Part shown: positions 1-14,265 of the stretch, in pieces
Layout of the letters: each line of letters starts with the position of its first letter
Position numbering within the stretch: position 1 is the stretch's first letter
From: Haliotis rubra
Taxonomy: Eukaryota
Direction of reading: 5' to 3'
Assembly: GCF_003918875.1 (NCBI RefSeq)
Contig: NW_025766958.1
Coordinates: 1,116,001-1,180,000, forward strand
DNA length: 64,000 nt
The notes under the pieces: generated by a model
Database searches by the model: none
What the model saw: only the letters and a program-made list of their open reading frames with translations
Told to the model about the DNA's origin: nothing
Position numbers and translations under genes: made by a program

Positions 1-459
1 GTGGCGATACAAGTAGTGTAGTTGTATACGTCCCCGATAGGCTATCAGCTTTGTGGAAAGGCGAGTCACGTAAGCAACTGAAATCGATCAATACCGTCTA
101 ACCTTTAATAGTAGACATTGGTATTTATTGAATAACAACAGTTGGCTGAGTTTGAGCATTCCATTGCAGTAGGTCTTACATTCCGAAACACAACGTCAAC
201 AAAAACAACAGTATAATTATTAATAACAATAACACAATGTTGATGTATTATGATACATGTTTGTCATGAGCAAATAATATAAATTAGATTATGAAACTTT
301 CAAACATTATTTATAATTCAAGATAATTTAATAGATTCGTTTTGAAAAATATATCCAGTTCCGTAGAGAAATGATGTCTCACTGTACAAAAAAACAAAAG
401 GTCTGCACATATATATCACAATGCAAATTTCTCCCACATTCCCTGCCCACACAGATTAC

Positions 460-1330
460 CTCCCTTTGCCGCGCTGTCATTTCACTGGCACGCTATGAAT
501 TTAGCGTGGGTACATTGCGCATCATAGTCTGCGCACAAGGACCATCCTATACTACCCGGCGCTGCATTGAGAGTACTGACCCGACCCATTCCTAAATCCA
601 CCGATTCTGCTGAAAGGTGAGTGCGATATTCAGTCTTTTCTTTGCAAACTGGATCTGACAAACGTGTGTTTCGTCCCCGCGTTGGTAAAAGCGATCGACA
701 AACTTACATGCGGAAGCATGGCGTTCATTACGATTTGCTAACCGGTGCCCATGTTTGGGAGCCTTACCCTACACTGCGGTGTCATATTCATAACTGTAGC
801 CAGCGTCCAGTGAAGTGATTGCAAACTTTCAGCTCGGATATACCGATCGTATTTATACACCAGGTACTATGTGACATTATGGACTATTTCAACTTGACGC
901 ACTCTCCCTGAAAAGTTAACAGGTTCTCAAAGGCTCGGATCTATTGTATATCTCACAGGTGCTAACGTCTGTGGTCCGGAAGCGGACAATCAAACCCCAT
1001 CTGCTTAATTGCCGTTTATTGTGCTATCACACGTATGTGAATATTTAGCATATGATTATAATTAACTAAGTATAATTAAGCACCTGTCGCGTGTGTCATC
1101 CATGTCAAATGTCACCTCGCGTCGCGTGATGTAACAGTTGTATATTTCATAGCGTGCTTGTAGATTTCATAGTCGCTCGACCAGATAGCCGACTCATCAC
1201 TTTCATGCGATTGTGAACGAAGCCGGGGTCTATATATAGTGTATTCACCCGACCGGCAACATGGCTGGAAACTTGGCAGGATGTCAGTCAATTCAATTAT
1301 TAAAACCCGTTTCTGTGCAATGCATCAGCT
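460..1330 (+). promoter_or_regulatory. CpG-rich promoter region with probable non-coding first exon ending at 616
   Basis: High CpG density compared with the CpG-poor intronic DNA downstream, two TGCGCA motifs, and a consensus donor AAG|GTGAGT at 616/617. Coding exon 1 begins with an acceptor and 5'UTR, so an upstream exon is required. Confidence 0.55.
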
Positions 1331-1475
1331 CAATAGGATCACTTTCTGACTGGCTTGTTTTTTGGGAGCGGGTACTTCACAAACAGCATTATGTAACCAT
1401 TGTATATATGTATATCTGTTTTATAGTATACCAGTGCTAATTTGCTGAGTCAGATAGTGTGTGAACATACCGTAA

Positions 1476-1748
1476 CAGTGTACATATAATTATCATGCAT
1501 CAATGAAAGAGGAAAAAGTATATTTACAAATGTTACACACGTGCAACATTTTAGATATAGAGATGGTAAATATAACTCAATATCATGTTTCATAATATAA
1601 TGCGTGTTAACCACCCGTTGCAGTGTGTATATAATTATTATGCATCAATGAAAGATGAAAAAGTTTATTTACAAATGTTACACATGTGCAACATTTAAGA
1701 TATAGAGATGGTAAATATAACTAAATATCATGTTTCATAATATAATGT
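1476..1748. repeat. ~145-bp direct duplication
   Basis: cagtgt..atataattat...catgtttcataatataatg at 1476 and 1621. Confidence 0.9.
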
Positions 1749-3060
1749 AAAATGTACATGCTGCTTTCCTATTTATGTGTAAAAGCATATATTTAAGTTT
1801 GTTGTGTAATTGCGAATCGGATAACATTTAGAATCTCATAATAATACAAACTTTATTAAATACAAAATCACCTCGGAGACAATAAAACCCAATGTGATGT
1901 TAATCTAAATTAGGTCCCTTAAACTTGAATATAACTTTGGAAATCCAAATAAAGTATTTTTGGAGACCACTGAATCTGATATACAGTTTCAACATGATAG
2001 TATTTGGGTTTGTTTACAATAGTCAAATTCATAATCTATATTTATTTCAACAGCAATGTTTACTTGATATCAAGTTTCACAGGAATTCATTCAACCATCT
2101 CCCCAGATTTTGTGGGGGCTTTGTTTCACCAACACACTACACACCAGTGGTAACTTGACTACAGATCCATATTTGTAAATACTTCACTGAACCACTTGCC
2201 TGATAACCATGAACTGCCATACACTGCCAGATAGCCTTGTTTGTCTAGCAACCTTCACCTTCACTACCTGCATACAGGGTTAAGGTCACCTCATTCCAGA
2301 AACCAATTGGAATCGGAGAAACCAGTTTAACATAGGTAATTGATGTATCAATAAATGTTGACTGAAATTGGAGAAGGTTGTAGAAACAGAATAAGAACAT
2401 AGATGAAGACACGAAAACAATTAATGAACTGTGGTGGACCGTAGTAGGTGAGCTCAGTTAGACAGAAGATGAACAGTACAAGACAATAGAAGAATACAAT
2501 GAGACAAGACTAACAGAATAAGAGAATAGAGAACAGTGCTATTTATGTTGTTTTTTTGTCTGAAAAAATAATTTTTGTTTTATCGTTAGGGGAACAGTTT
2601 CAGCCAACTGGAAATTGACTTGATATGTATACATACTTGTCTTGCTTCCACTAGCAGATAGGCATTGATTTAATTTGCACATAGCATTCCGAGGGTTCTG
2701 GCAAACACATTACTTCAAATTCCTGACATGTTGATTAGGGTTGTAGCAGTTAACAGGTAATGACACTGATGCCATGTGATGCCCCCTCCAGTTTACCGCT
2801 GTGTGGTGTCAGCTTTGAGACAGAGGGAAATAAACATGGGATATACACCGATCTGGGAATGTGCACTGTGTCACTGATTAGTTGTCAAGTGAGGCGACAG
2901 TGCAGTACACATGCACATATAACTGGAGTGTCCTCTGAGACAGGGTGAAAGAAACACAGGATATACACCAATCTGGGAATGTGCACTGCCATATACACCT
3001 ACCTAGGAATCTACACTGAGCTATTGATTTTGCAAAATGGTTTTGCAAGTGCATATATTC

Positions 3061-4022
3061 TAGAGCTGTGTATCGTGGCTTAAGTGGCGAGACGATGTAT
3101 CCCGATATCTGTTTAATGAGGCGAGATGATACATCATGAAAGTATTGGCAAGGAACCTGCGAGGCGATTATCATCACGATGCAATTGTGCCTGTATGATA
3201 CATATCCCGATACTTTACAATTTCTATAAAAAGAACAGATATGGTAGATAAAATGACTGAAACTTTATTTGTTATACAGCAGAACTTGTTTTACATTCAC
3301 CCACACTTAAACAGCTGTTCATCTAATTAAGTTTCAGTATTTAATGCTTAAGACAGTACAGTCAAACATATTCAGCATACCTTGATCATATATATATATA
3401 TATATATATACATTTGAAAGTGAAGTTTCCCTTGGGAAGTTGTGCTTCTACACCAATGCTTTCACAAACAATTCACTGTCATTTATATCGGAATTCAGAA
3501 TCACTGAAAAAAACTCATAAGTCTGCTTTCTAAATTTTATCTTCTCTTTGTTCTCTTCTTAACAAAGATAAGACGTCGTTCATAGCTGTTTATAAATGGT
3601 GTTATTTGTCAAACAACTAAGACATATCTGCATATTTCAATTACTTGAACACAAGTATTCTACAGGTCACAGAGTTTGTAAAATGTTCACACTCTTTGAC
3701 TGTATATACACTAACTCATTTGTCCATGTAAGAAAGATAACAGACACAAACAAATTCCTTTAAAATTCAGTTTGTTTTTAAAATTCAGAAGAATTTCAAA
3801 GAGACTCCTTTCCTATTCCCTAATGCAATACTCCTTACAACTTTAAGTAGTATTTAAGTTGTATCGGGATATGTCGTCTCTTGTGGCGATACATCAATGT
3901 ATCATGGACCCTCGCGATATAATTATCCTATATATTGCCTAAATGTGTTTTCTATCGATGCACTTGTATCGCGTAGTTGACGATGTAAACATCAATACTA
4001 TCGATGAATCGTTACACCACTA
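3061..4022. mobile_element. Non-autonomous hAT (Ac-like) element
   Basis: 8-bp TSD atatattc (3053-3060 / 4023-4030), termini TAGAGCTG...CACCACTA, dense subterminal ATCG/CGAT motifs. Confidence 0.85.
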
Positions 4023-4030
4023 ATATATTC

Positions 4031-4500
4031 ACAGGTCCTGTTGTGTTACAGTGTGAACTAAATATTGAATACACAGTTGGGCTGATTAAAATGAAATATC
4101 CTTGCAATATACAAGGCAATATATATACAAGGCACAGGGTGAAATGAATATAGAATATAGACAAATCCAGGACTGTATGTCACTTTGTCACTGATTCGTC
4201 ATGTGGAATATCCTTGCTATATACAACATACAGGGTAAACTAAGATAAAGTACACACTAATCCAGGACTGTACACTTGACTGGTTATTTCAAAATATCCA
4301 TGCAATGTACAAGGCACAGGGTGAAATAGACATAGAATACACACTAATCCAAGAATATACACTTTGTCACAGATGGGTTATTTTATAATATCTGTGAAAT
4401 ACACAAGTCACAAGGTGAACATAGAATACACACTATTCCACTACTGTACACTTTGTCACAGATTGGTTAAATGAAGGATACATGCAATGTTCAAGGCATA
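4031..4500. repeat. Degenerate tandem array (caaggcacagggtgaaat...actttgtcac), continuing left of the hAT element at about 2815-3060
   Basis: Similar units occur on both sides of the 3061-4022 insertion. Confidence 0.6.
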
Positions 4501-5845
4501 AACACATACGTCAGTGTTGATCACATTGATGAATTCGTGTAGTGGCTTATACTGTTATGGGTGTAGGGATCTCATTAATCATACTGATAACAGTAAGTAG
4601 TCAAAGCAGGGTTAATTATAACACAGATTGTACCAGTGTACAAGTAGTAGGCTGCTCAATATGTAATGTATATGATTTCATGATTGATAGGATTTCGTTC
4701 TTTGCAAAGAAACTTGTCAGTTACTATTTCCAGTTCAATGAGTACATTAGTAAATTATAGACTATTAAATAAAGTAAAAATGCTGATTGATTTTATGGTA
4801 TTTCTTGTAGTGTATTGTTTTAGGACACAGTTGTGCATAGCCATTTAAAAAATTGTGTAGTGAAGTAATATGTAACAGAGTTATGCTGAAATTTGGATGT
4901 CGGCAACAAGTTGTGGTGAGTGAAATGGTTATTTCTGTGTTATTACCCATGTAAGTATCTGTGTGGGGGTGGGTAGGGGCTTATTTCTGTGTTATGACCC
5001 ATGTAACTATCTGTGTGGGGGTCGGTAGGGGGTAAGGGGTTATTCGTGTGTTGATACCTGTGTAAGGTTGCTGTGTGGCTGTCAGATTTCCTGATCTTTT
5101 CTATCTACATGAAATAGACATATTATCTGTCAGACTGCCAGATTGTGTTGCATCGATAACCTGTGGATTCTACCTGGCTTTCTTTTAATGGTCCTTTGCC
5201 AAGAGAAAGATTCTTGGTGAAGTGCAAGATGTTGAGCAAGAAATTAACCGATTTCCCTTAAGGGCAATTAAGAGTGCTGCATTAAACTTGTGATTTCCCT
5301 CGAACATTGTAACAAGGTGTGTAACATGCCAACTCAAATGTTGCATGATACTTGCTACTATATTTAAACTCGTTCTTTAGAAGTTCTCAACTGTACAAAA
5401 TGTTTTAGTGATTCAGAAACAGAATAATCTCTGTACAATGTACATGCTGGGTAATTTAATACTAATTAACTGATTAGGTGTCACTATGTCATCATGACAC
5501 AACAGCATGTGGCAGGTGCTCATGCTGTCAACCACTGGGTTTGTAAGCGCTGTGATATCCATGGAATATTGCTGCCTGCCACAGAATTGATTGTAATGTA
5601 GGATAACACTTAATAATACATATGATGAATGATTTTGGAAGGGTTACAAGTGTGATATACATATGATGAATGATTTTGGAAGGGTTACAAGTGTGATAGA
5701 TAGCATGAAAGTGACAGGGTCCTTATGATGATGGTAATATTAACAATACAAGATGCAGGGGTCTTTAGATGTAAATTTCAAGGACCCAGGAATCCCTTTG
5801 ACTTCATATACAGGGCTGTGGATGCTGTCCCTTATTTTGTCCCCC

Positions 5846-6013
5846 TGAGTGAGTGAGAGAGTATGGTTTTACGCTGAGTTTAGTAATATTACAGGAATGT
5901 CATGGTGGGGGACACCAGAAATGAGCCTCACACGTTGCACCCATGTATGGAATCGAACCCGGGTCTTCAGCATGATGTGCGGATGCTTTAACCAGTAGGC
6001 TACCCCACGGCCC
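5846..6013 (-). mobile_element. tRNA-derived SINE family 1
   Basis: Reverse complement of the ~165-bp consensus ggggcggtggggtagcctagtggttaaagcg...ggttcgattccccacatgggtac...(actc)n. Confidence 0.85.
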
Positions 6014-7686
6014 TTGATGCAGGATACGTCTTTAGGTCAAATTGAGTTAGCACATCGACCTTGCTGTGGAGCGTGACAAACGCGCACACCTTCATACAGT
6101 GAAGGTGTACTTCATTCTATAAACCTGTTTCATCTACATAACACAAATATGTCAACTTGAATAAGGTAGAGGTGCTTTATAAGGCTTTTGTGTCACTCAA
6201 CATTAAATGGCAAAAGTTGTATGAAATATACAGCCATCTGTGTTGAACCCTGACACAGGGGTGAGGTTTTACATACGCCCGAGTGCATCACCTGAGCTTG
6301 GCATTGGTGACATACCAGGACTTGTCACATTCTGTTGTCGTCCTGTCAACCAACTTCGTCCTTATTCATCACACTGAAACTGCACCATAGACATGCTTTT
6401 GCTTCGTTATACCATCTACACATATTGTGTGGTTACTGACTTTTCAGAAAATTGTATTGAAAGTTAAGCATGTGGTGTATATGCTTCTAAAAAAGTTAGG
6501 AACATTCTGTTTGTTTCAAATTACAATATTTGATCTGTCATGGCATATCTTGTATATATTAAATATTTGAGGATTCTGGTTGAGAATGGGGTACAATGTG
6601 TGAATCCCATTTCTGGTGTCCCCTGCCATTATATTGCTGGAATAGGTAATATTTCTAAAGGAGGCGTAAAACCCAGCTTACTCACTGGTTGAGAATGGGT
6701 CCCAAGGAACTGTTGTGTGTTTCCTTTGTAAATATATATAAGGGACATATGTATATCATAAGTAATGATATTTATGGTATGAAAACATATAATTTCGATA
6801 TTTTTTCAAAGCATCGAATTTCATGCCGGAATTGTTGTGCCTGTATTTTTTCCAACAGTATATTACCTATGTAGACTTCCTGAATATGATAAATCTCAGT
6901 CTTTACACAAACTATGTGTATTCAGTTTCCATTTAATCAAATATGCTGTCAAATACCAGTTACTAGTTTATTGTACACTCTGACATATTCATCAGGTCAA
7001 CAGGAAACGTAAAATTAGATTACTTCATGTCTCTAAGAAGCTTTTGTAGAGCTGTACTAATACATTGTACTCACAGTTCAAGAAAGACTTAGCTGAATAT
7101 ACATGTTCATTTCATGCACCTGAAAACCTGAATAAGGGATTGACATAACGTCGCCCACTTTCAAACTTTCGCTTATCTCATGGACTCCAAGGGGCTGGAT
7201 GAGTCACTACCTGCCTGAGGACATTACATTGACAAGAACTTTGATAAAACATTGAGTATTTGATCCAGTCAGTCGTAAGTATTAAAGTTTGTGTGGGTCA
7301 TTGTGCATTTTGTTTTGACTGTATAATTGAACAGGTCATGGGTTATTGATCACTGAATACTAATGAATATTCATGAGGTATTGTGGAACTGTTTGATAAA
7401 GAGGAGTATTCTATAGAATATATTGACCGAAGAAATGTCGTTGAAGTTTGAATTGTCAGGTCAACAGGTATTGGCAGATCACTTTGCCTGCAGGTTGTAG
7501 ATGGCTTGTGGATGTTTTGGGTGTAGGTCTACAAACGGCATCTAGTACGTTATAGTATCCTCTAATGATTTATATTATTAGTATTCAGGAGGGTTAATAC
7601 TATCATTTATGCACCTGTTTAAAAATATACTCCTCAAAAGAAAACCTGATTCTACATGTTAATATGGTTAATCTTCCATGCCGTAA

Positions 7687-7860
7687 GGGGGCGGTTGGTA
7701 GCCTAGTGGTTAAAGCGTTCGCTCGTAAAGGCCGAAGACCCGGGTTCGATTCCCCACATGGGTACAATGTGTGAAGCCAATTTCTGGTGTCCCCCGCCGT
7801 GATATTGCCGGGATATTGCTGGGATATTGCTGAAAGCGGCGTAAAACTAAACTCACTCAC
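7687..7860 (+). mobile_element. tRNA-derived SINE family 1
   Basis: A/B boxes, (ACTC)n tail, TSD tccatgcc.taa. Confidence 0.9.
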
Positions 7861-8290
7861 TCCATGCCATAAGTGACAGATTATCTATAGGAATATATAA
7901 GAATCAGGTGTTCCTTAACTATTTTTGAGTAGTATATATGAAAGTAAATATATGTTTTTATGTTTAGCTTTGAAAATAGTAACAGGTGGCTCATTGTCTT
8001 CACATGCCTGTTTCTATGTTAAGGTGAATCACGCATCACTACATTGTGTTGTTGAAGTATGTCAGCTATTGTATGGGATGGTATACTCAGTCCAGGATGT
8101 ACGTATGTCATTCGAGTCAGTGTTGACACTCTCTTCAATATCTGATAAGATCTATTGTGTGTGATCGTGATAGATCACTTCTGTTTCACGTATGGATATT
8201 TACTCCATGAATCAACCTGTTTCGTTAAAGACACAGGAATTATTTAACTGTTTAAAATCAAAGCAATAATTCCTGGATATAAGGAATCAA

Positions 8291-8705
8291 ATATAACCAA
8301 CTGTTTATATTCGGTCCTGGTCTCTTGCTGAAAACAGTTATAATGAGGTGATGGATATAAAGAGCTGCAGATATAATAACTGTTTATATTCAGTCCTGGT
8401 CTCTTGCTGAGCAGTTATAACGAGGTGATGGAAGAGCTGCAGATATAACCAACTTTATATTCAGTCCTGGTCTCTTGCTGAGCAGTTATAACGAGGTGAT
8501 GGATATAAAGAGCTGCAGATATAACCAACTGTTTATATTCAGTCCTGGTCTCTTGCTGAACAGTTATAATGAGGTGATGGATATAAAGAGCTGCAGATAT
8601 AACCAACTGTTTATATTCAGTCCTGGTCTCTTGCTGAACAGTTATAACGAGGTGGTGGATATATAGATCTGCAGATATAACCAACTGTTTGTTGGGTCCT
8701 GGCAA
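8291..8705. repeat. 78-bp tandem repeat, about 5 copies
   Basis: ctgcag at 8513 and 8591 etc.; explains the repetitive ORFs 8415-8705 and 8475-8666. Confidence 0.93.
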
Positions 8706-9834
8706 CTTGCTGTATAATCAAAATTAGTATAATATACTATAGTTATAACAAACTGAAATTAGTTTATAACATTGGTGTACTGTATTTGCAATCCTCTCTA
8801 AACATGCTGTCCTCCTGGCTGCTGTAGACACCACTACACTACTGTCCATTTCAGAACATCCGATCTTGTATTAGTCATAACCATGGTGAGCGTCAGACCC
8901 TCCCGCTCCAGTTGCAGATGGCTGTATTTCTGTTTCAATGTAAAATACCTGCCATGCATAAAGCCAGCTCATTCAGCCATGCACTGTTCCTCCAGTAGGG
9001 CTCCGCTATGGCATTAATGGCCGACTTCTCTCATTGGGTTATTTCAGGTCTGTTTAGATTCGTGTCGATGTTTGCATTTTCTCTCACACAATTACAATAC
9101 AGTGACTGTCTCCCCGTGTGTCCACTCAGCCGGCCGCTGTCCCTCCTGTGTCCACTCGGTAACTGTTTGACCAGGATTAGGTTGTAATTGTGTTGTCTGG
9201 CTGCTTTACCTTGTGTTGGACGAATTAAAGTTCAGTCTAAACTTAGATACTGTTTTAAGACCAGGAATGCATCTGCATGAATGTACCTTTTGTGTTGGAT
9301 TGAAAGGGTTTCCTGCCTTTAGGTGGTTGAGGTTTTTTCGGGGTACAATCTAGCATAGGCTTTAACCGGTTGTGTTTTGGATTCAGTTTCAAGTGTCGTG
9401 CAAAGTTGGATTGTGATTGGACCCTTGCGTGCATTGAACAATTTGTCAGGCGGAATAAATCTGAGTGTGCTGATGGATAGGTTTGACATTCTTTCTGAAA
9501 GTTATCTCGACACAAACATCGTGGGGTTATTCAGTCGACAGGTGTGATATATCTTCTTTCTGATGTGATAACTAACAAACTGTAGATTGACACGTGTATT
9601 GTGGAAATCAATTTCAGGAAAGATGATTATCCTGTCAAATTTCCCTTTTTTCAGAAGGATGCTCATGTAGCATGGATGTAAAAATGAAGTTAGCGGGATT
9701 GCTTCTGACTCAGACTGTTACAGTGATTGATTGAAATATCCCATGTCTATGGCGAAATGAATTACCTCGATTCGTGTTGAAGGTTGAAATGAACCACAGA
9801 CTATTTTAAATGTCAGTATTGTACAGGTGTGTTA

Positions 9835-10050
9835 ACCCATGAAGATCCGGGTTAAAAATGGTCTTCAGCAACCTATGCTTCTCGTAAGAGGCGACTAACG
9901 GGATTGGGTGGTCAAGCTCGCTGACTTGGTTGATACGCGTCATCGTAACCCAATTGTGTTGATTGATGCTCACGATGCTGATCACTGGATTGTCTGGTCC
10001 GGGCTCGATTGTATACATACCGCTGCCCTATAGCTGGAATATTGCAACAA
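9835..10050 (+). mobile_element. Non-tRNA short retroposon, family 2
   Basis: acccatgaagatccgggtt...gtaagaggcgactaacggg...gctggaatattgc. Confidence 0.85.
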
Positions 10051-10780
10051 CAAACATGGGGTTTAACATAGCTCTTTGAAACTGGGAGTCCTTTGGGCAT
10101 AGTTTGGGGGGGAATCCATTTCCAAAATTGGGGGCACACCAGTTTGCATGAAATCAATGATCTTGGAAGCTTCCCATTTGATAATGATTATGTTATAATA
10201 TGGGTTACTTTCAATGTCATTAGAATAATGATTGCAAACAGAATGTTTATATTTTAATATGGGATATCATTACAAACTCAGAAAGTTATTTCCCAGAAAA
10301 AAGTATATTGTGTCCAGAAGGACGTACAGGATCTTAGTTTGGGGGTACTTCATCAAATTTCTGCGTCCAATAGGCAGGAATCGCGCGTCTTGTAAAACCC
10401 TGCAAACAAACAAGCAAGCAGAGGTGTGTTATCTCTGTTAACATGGCAGTATGAGAAAGATTTGCTCATGCTTTCTAAACAGGAAAATGGTGATGTGAGG
10501 AGTCCAGTAAATGCTGCTGTGTGAAATATTCCAGACAAACCAGTGGTTGATAACATGAGTACCAGTGCTATCAGACACACAATCAGGTCACACACCGTGA
10601 TTAACAGGTCCTCATTAGTATTAAAATAAATAAATAAATAAATAAATATGAATACCATAATATATGAAGAGACGTGAGTGTGAATAATAATCATAAGAAC
10701 ATTTATGATGCACTAAACTGAATTCACTAGGTGAATGCTCATAGCACTAACAATCTGATTATTATTACCCCGGATAACCA

Positions 10781-10952
10781 GGGGCGGTGGGGTAGCCTGA
10801 TGGTTAAAGCGTTCGCTCGTCACACCGAAGACCCGGGTTGGATTCCCCACATGGGTACAATGTGTGAAGCTCATTTCTGGTGTCCCCCGCCATAATATTG
10901 TTGGAATATTGCTAAAAGCGGCGTAAAAACAAACTCACTCACTCAATCACTC
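10781..10952 (+). mobile_element. tRNA-derived SINE family 1
   Basis: Full-length match to consensus. Confidence 0.9.
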
Positions 10953-11581
10953 CCTTGATAACCCAAGCTGCCTGTAAGGTGCTAGAAGGTTAACAGTCAC
11001 ATGACTTATCCCACCGGGTACCCATTTTCTGCTGGGTGTCTGAGAAAATACGCGGGATACATGTCTCTTGTTTGCCACACAGGATCTGACAAAGACAACA
11101 TGGTACTTGGAACTTATCCATCCCTGGAATACACTACTGATGTTTTGACACCTGATAATGATAAATGGCTTTGTGATGGTTGGTTGCAAGGGTGAATATG
11201 CTGACATCAGCATAATACCTCGCCAGTACATACAAGGCTGCCTCATTATATTGCTTCTTCATCAGTAACACCGCCATCCCTGTAACAGTGCTCTACTGCA
11301 CATAAAGGATGGTGGTCAATAATGAATACAGGAATAGAATAAGGAAAGTTTCTATCGTGAACAGATGTTGCCGTTGTCGATGCTGTTTCATGCCTTGTAG
11401 TTTGTAACTGGATGTAGTCTTGTCAGTGACAGGTGAGGACACCTGTTGGTCTGGTGATACGGATTGAGATCAGGTGTAACCTTTCATTGTTTTTCAAAGG
11501 TATCATAGTGGCATATTTAATGCTACAATGTAAACCATATGTATTAAACAGTTTTTCATGATTTTGATCCCTAAGGAGATT

Positions 11582-11830
11582 CTGGGTTAGGATTGGTTCA
11601 CATGATACTGCTTGTAGGAGTCATCAGTGTATCTTGTGGTCAGGCTGGGTTAGGATTGGTTCACGTGATACTGCTTGTAAGAGTCATCAGTGTATCTTGT
11701 GGTCAGGCTGTTAGGATTGAAGTTCACATGATTGCTTGTCAGTCATCAGTGTATACTGGGTTAGGATTGGTTCAGACTGCTAGGATGTACTGCTTGAGAG
11801 TCATCAGTGTATCTTGTGGTCAGGCTGGTG
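11582..11830. repeat. ~63-bp tandem repeat, about 4 copies
   Basis: ctgggttaggattggttcac...gtcatcagtgtatcttgtggtcagg repeated. Confidence 0.9.
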
Positions 11831-12002
11831 ACATGTTGATTGTCATCATTCCTTGGAGTTAACTGTTGCTCATTATATCAGTCACAGGTCCAGTCTTGTC
11901 AACACTGTTACACAAACAGGGTTATTTCTGCTTCATGGAGGGGGGCCTTACAGTAAGACAAATTGTAATGAAATATAATCGGAATTGGGTTTGAAGGTGT
12001 TT

Positions 12003-12185
12003 TGACTGACTGACTGTTCAAATGAGTGAGTATGGTTTTACGCCGCTTTTAGCAATATCCCAGCAATATCACGGTGGGGGGGACACCAGAAATATGCATT
12101 ACACATTGTACCCATATGGGGATTCGAACCCGGGTCTTCGGCGTGACGAGCCAACACTTTAACCACTAGGCTACCCCACCGCCCC
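12003..12185 (-). mobile_element. tRNA-derived SINE family 1
   Basis: Full-length, TSD tgaaggtgttt. Confidence 0.9.
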
Positions 12186-12499
12186 TGAAGGTGTTTAGAT
12201 GTGCAGTATATTGCTGAAAGGACTTAATTTAAAACTGAGTATCAGGTGGTCACAATGTCGGCTAAAGATGGCCAGGAATACCAGGACGGCAAAGAGAATG
12301 AACATGGAATGATTTGATGGGCTGTTTGTGTATTCCTAACTGACTTGGGAACACGCTGTTTGATCAATTCAACTTTAGGTGCATGTTAAACAGTCTTGGG
12401 AATAAAGTTATCACATTGCAAGATAAATATCGTCCGACAAGAAAATGTGAGGCTGGTAAGGTTGCACAATGTGACAGCGCTCTCTTTTCATACCTATGG

Positions 12500-12613
12500 T
12501 CTGGGTTCATTTCCCTGCATTATCTGGGTTCATTTCCCTGCATTATCTGGGTTCATTTCCCTGCATTATCTGGGTTCATTTCCCTACATTATCTGGGTTC
12601 ATTTCCCTGCATT
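12500..12613. repeat. 23-bp tandem repeat, 5 copies
   Basis: ctgggttcatttccctgcattat. Confidence 0.95.
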
Positions 12614-14099
12614 GATTTTATTGGTGAAGCTGTTTTTCGGTGTCACAGCATATTGTGCAAAGCTTGATTCCAAACAGTTTTCATATGTTAATAATCATGA
12701 TAGTTCTGTCAAATTTAACCATAACTTACTCCATATGATGATTCACTTGTTCATTCAAGCACACACAATGGGTTGTCTCTCTACTATTCCAGCAACCAGA
12801 TCAGAGAGATTCAGTTAACAGGAAGCCATGGGTGGCGTAGGCGTTAGACAGGGTAGTTGATTCATTGTCACGGAGGGTCTGTCGAAGGCCGTATCAGGGA
12901 CGGTCACACAAGGATATTTACAGGGTGACAATCTCAAGTTTAGAATCACTTAGTTAACCTGCCATAGTGGTTGTCATGTTTCATCTGTTAACCCTTCTAA
13001 GGCTATTTGTGCGGGTCCACACGAAGGCATAATTCATTTTGGCAGATCATAGTTATTGAGGAAGAAGTGTAGACTCTATATACATGTGTATTCTGTATCT
13101 AACAAACATGTTGAAGGGATTTTTCATCTTTGCATTGTGTTAAAATAGCGTGATTAGTAAATAGTGTCAGTCCAGTGGTTGGTTAAAAGTAGAGTGGTTA
13201 AAGTTTGCTATACCATGCTTAAGTAACAGGGACTCAAGACAATTTAGCAACGATGGTATTTAGTGATGTCGAGGTGCTTTTTCTTCTGTTTATGCATGCA
13301 AACTTCGACTTTCTATTTAGATATCACCACCTGCAGGTTGTGTGGTAGTAATTGTAACTTGGGTGTGTTCAGCTTACATGGAAAATTTCTGTGAGTTGAG
13401 ACTTATGATCACATCAGCATTGTTTAAGCCATATTGTGACAAATACTTGGCTCCATGTTCATAAAATGATGTAATACTGTCTTTCATTAAAGCTCTGAAA
13501 AGAAACAATTCTGTAATACTGGGGCAGTTTCACAGGTTAATTTGCTTGTAAACGATATATATCTACTCCATACAAGACAAGGTAATTGGATAATGTATAT
13601 CATACAGTGGAGTGTCGCAGGGTTGCCCTCTTTCACCTATGTATTTTACTGTGAAATTGCATTTTTTGTTGGACTGACGCCTCCTGTTGTGTGCCGTGAC
13701 AAACCATTAAAGAACACATTTAGATGATAGATGACACCTCTACACAATGGGTTCATAGTATCGTTGCTTATTCACTGTCACAGATACTGGGGATGTTTAT
13801 TATGCAAGATGAAAGATGTGAAATAGCCCGCCTACTTTGAGTAAGTTCTTTTGTGCTTGACTGTACATAGGTAAATTTGATCTTGGATATCTGAAACAGG
13901 ATTCTTCATTTATCTGCTGACTTCCCTTTATTATGATTGTGCATGAAATGTTTTATGGACTTCTTGCATAAAAATAATTTAAGATAATAAATAAATAAAC
14001 TACAATATTAGGTTGATGTCTCGACAATTTTCTGTATTATTTTGCATCAGTTACATGTAATATGTTTCATTAATGTTTCAGTTGAAGTTCAGAACTGAA

Positions 14100-14265
14100 G
14101 GGGTGGTGGGGTAGCCTAGTGGTTAAAGTGTTAGCTCGTCAAGCCAAAGACCCTGGTTCGATTCCCCACATGGATACAGTGTGTGAAGCCCATTTCTGGT
14201 GTACCCCGTCATTATATTGGTGGAATATTGCTAAAAGTGGCATAAAAGTAAACTCACTCCTTCAC
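14100..14265 (+). mobile_element. tRNA-derived SINE family 1
   Basis: Full-length, TSD tcagaactgaa. Confidence 0.9.

Noticed and set aside
7687-7765. tRNA genes (here and at each SINE head, including 18954-19030 with a GGA 'anticodon')
   Set aside because: A/B boxes are present, but there is no proper acceptor stem or poly-T terminator, and each head continues into a shared body, microsatellite tail and TSD. These are SINEs.
8415-8705. Repetitive ORFs of 96 and 63 aa
   Set aside because: Products of a 78-bp (26-codon) tandem repeat; no splice or start support.
8870-8895. accATG|gtgagc as a coding first exon
   Set aside because: Splicing to 44067 gives ATG CCG TGA, so it cannot be in frame with the gene. 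No other support as a UTR exon.
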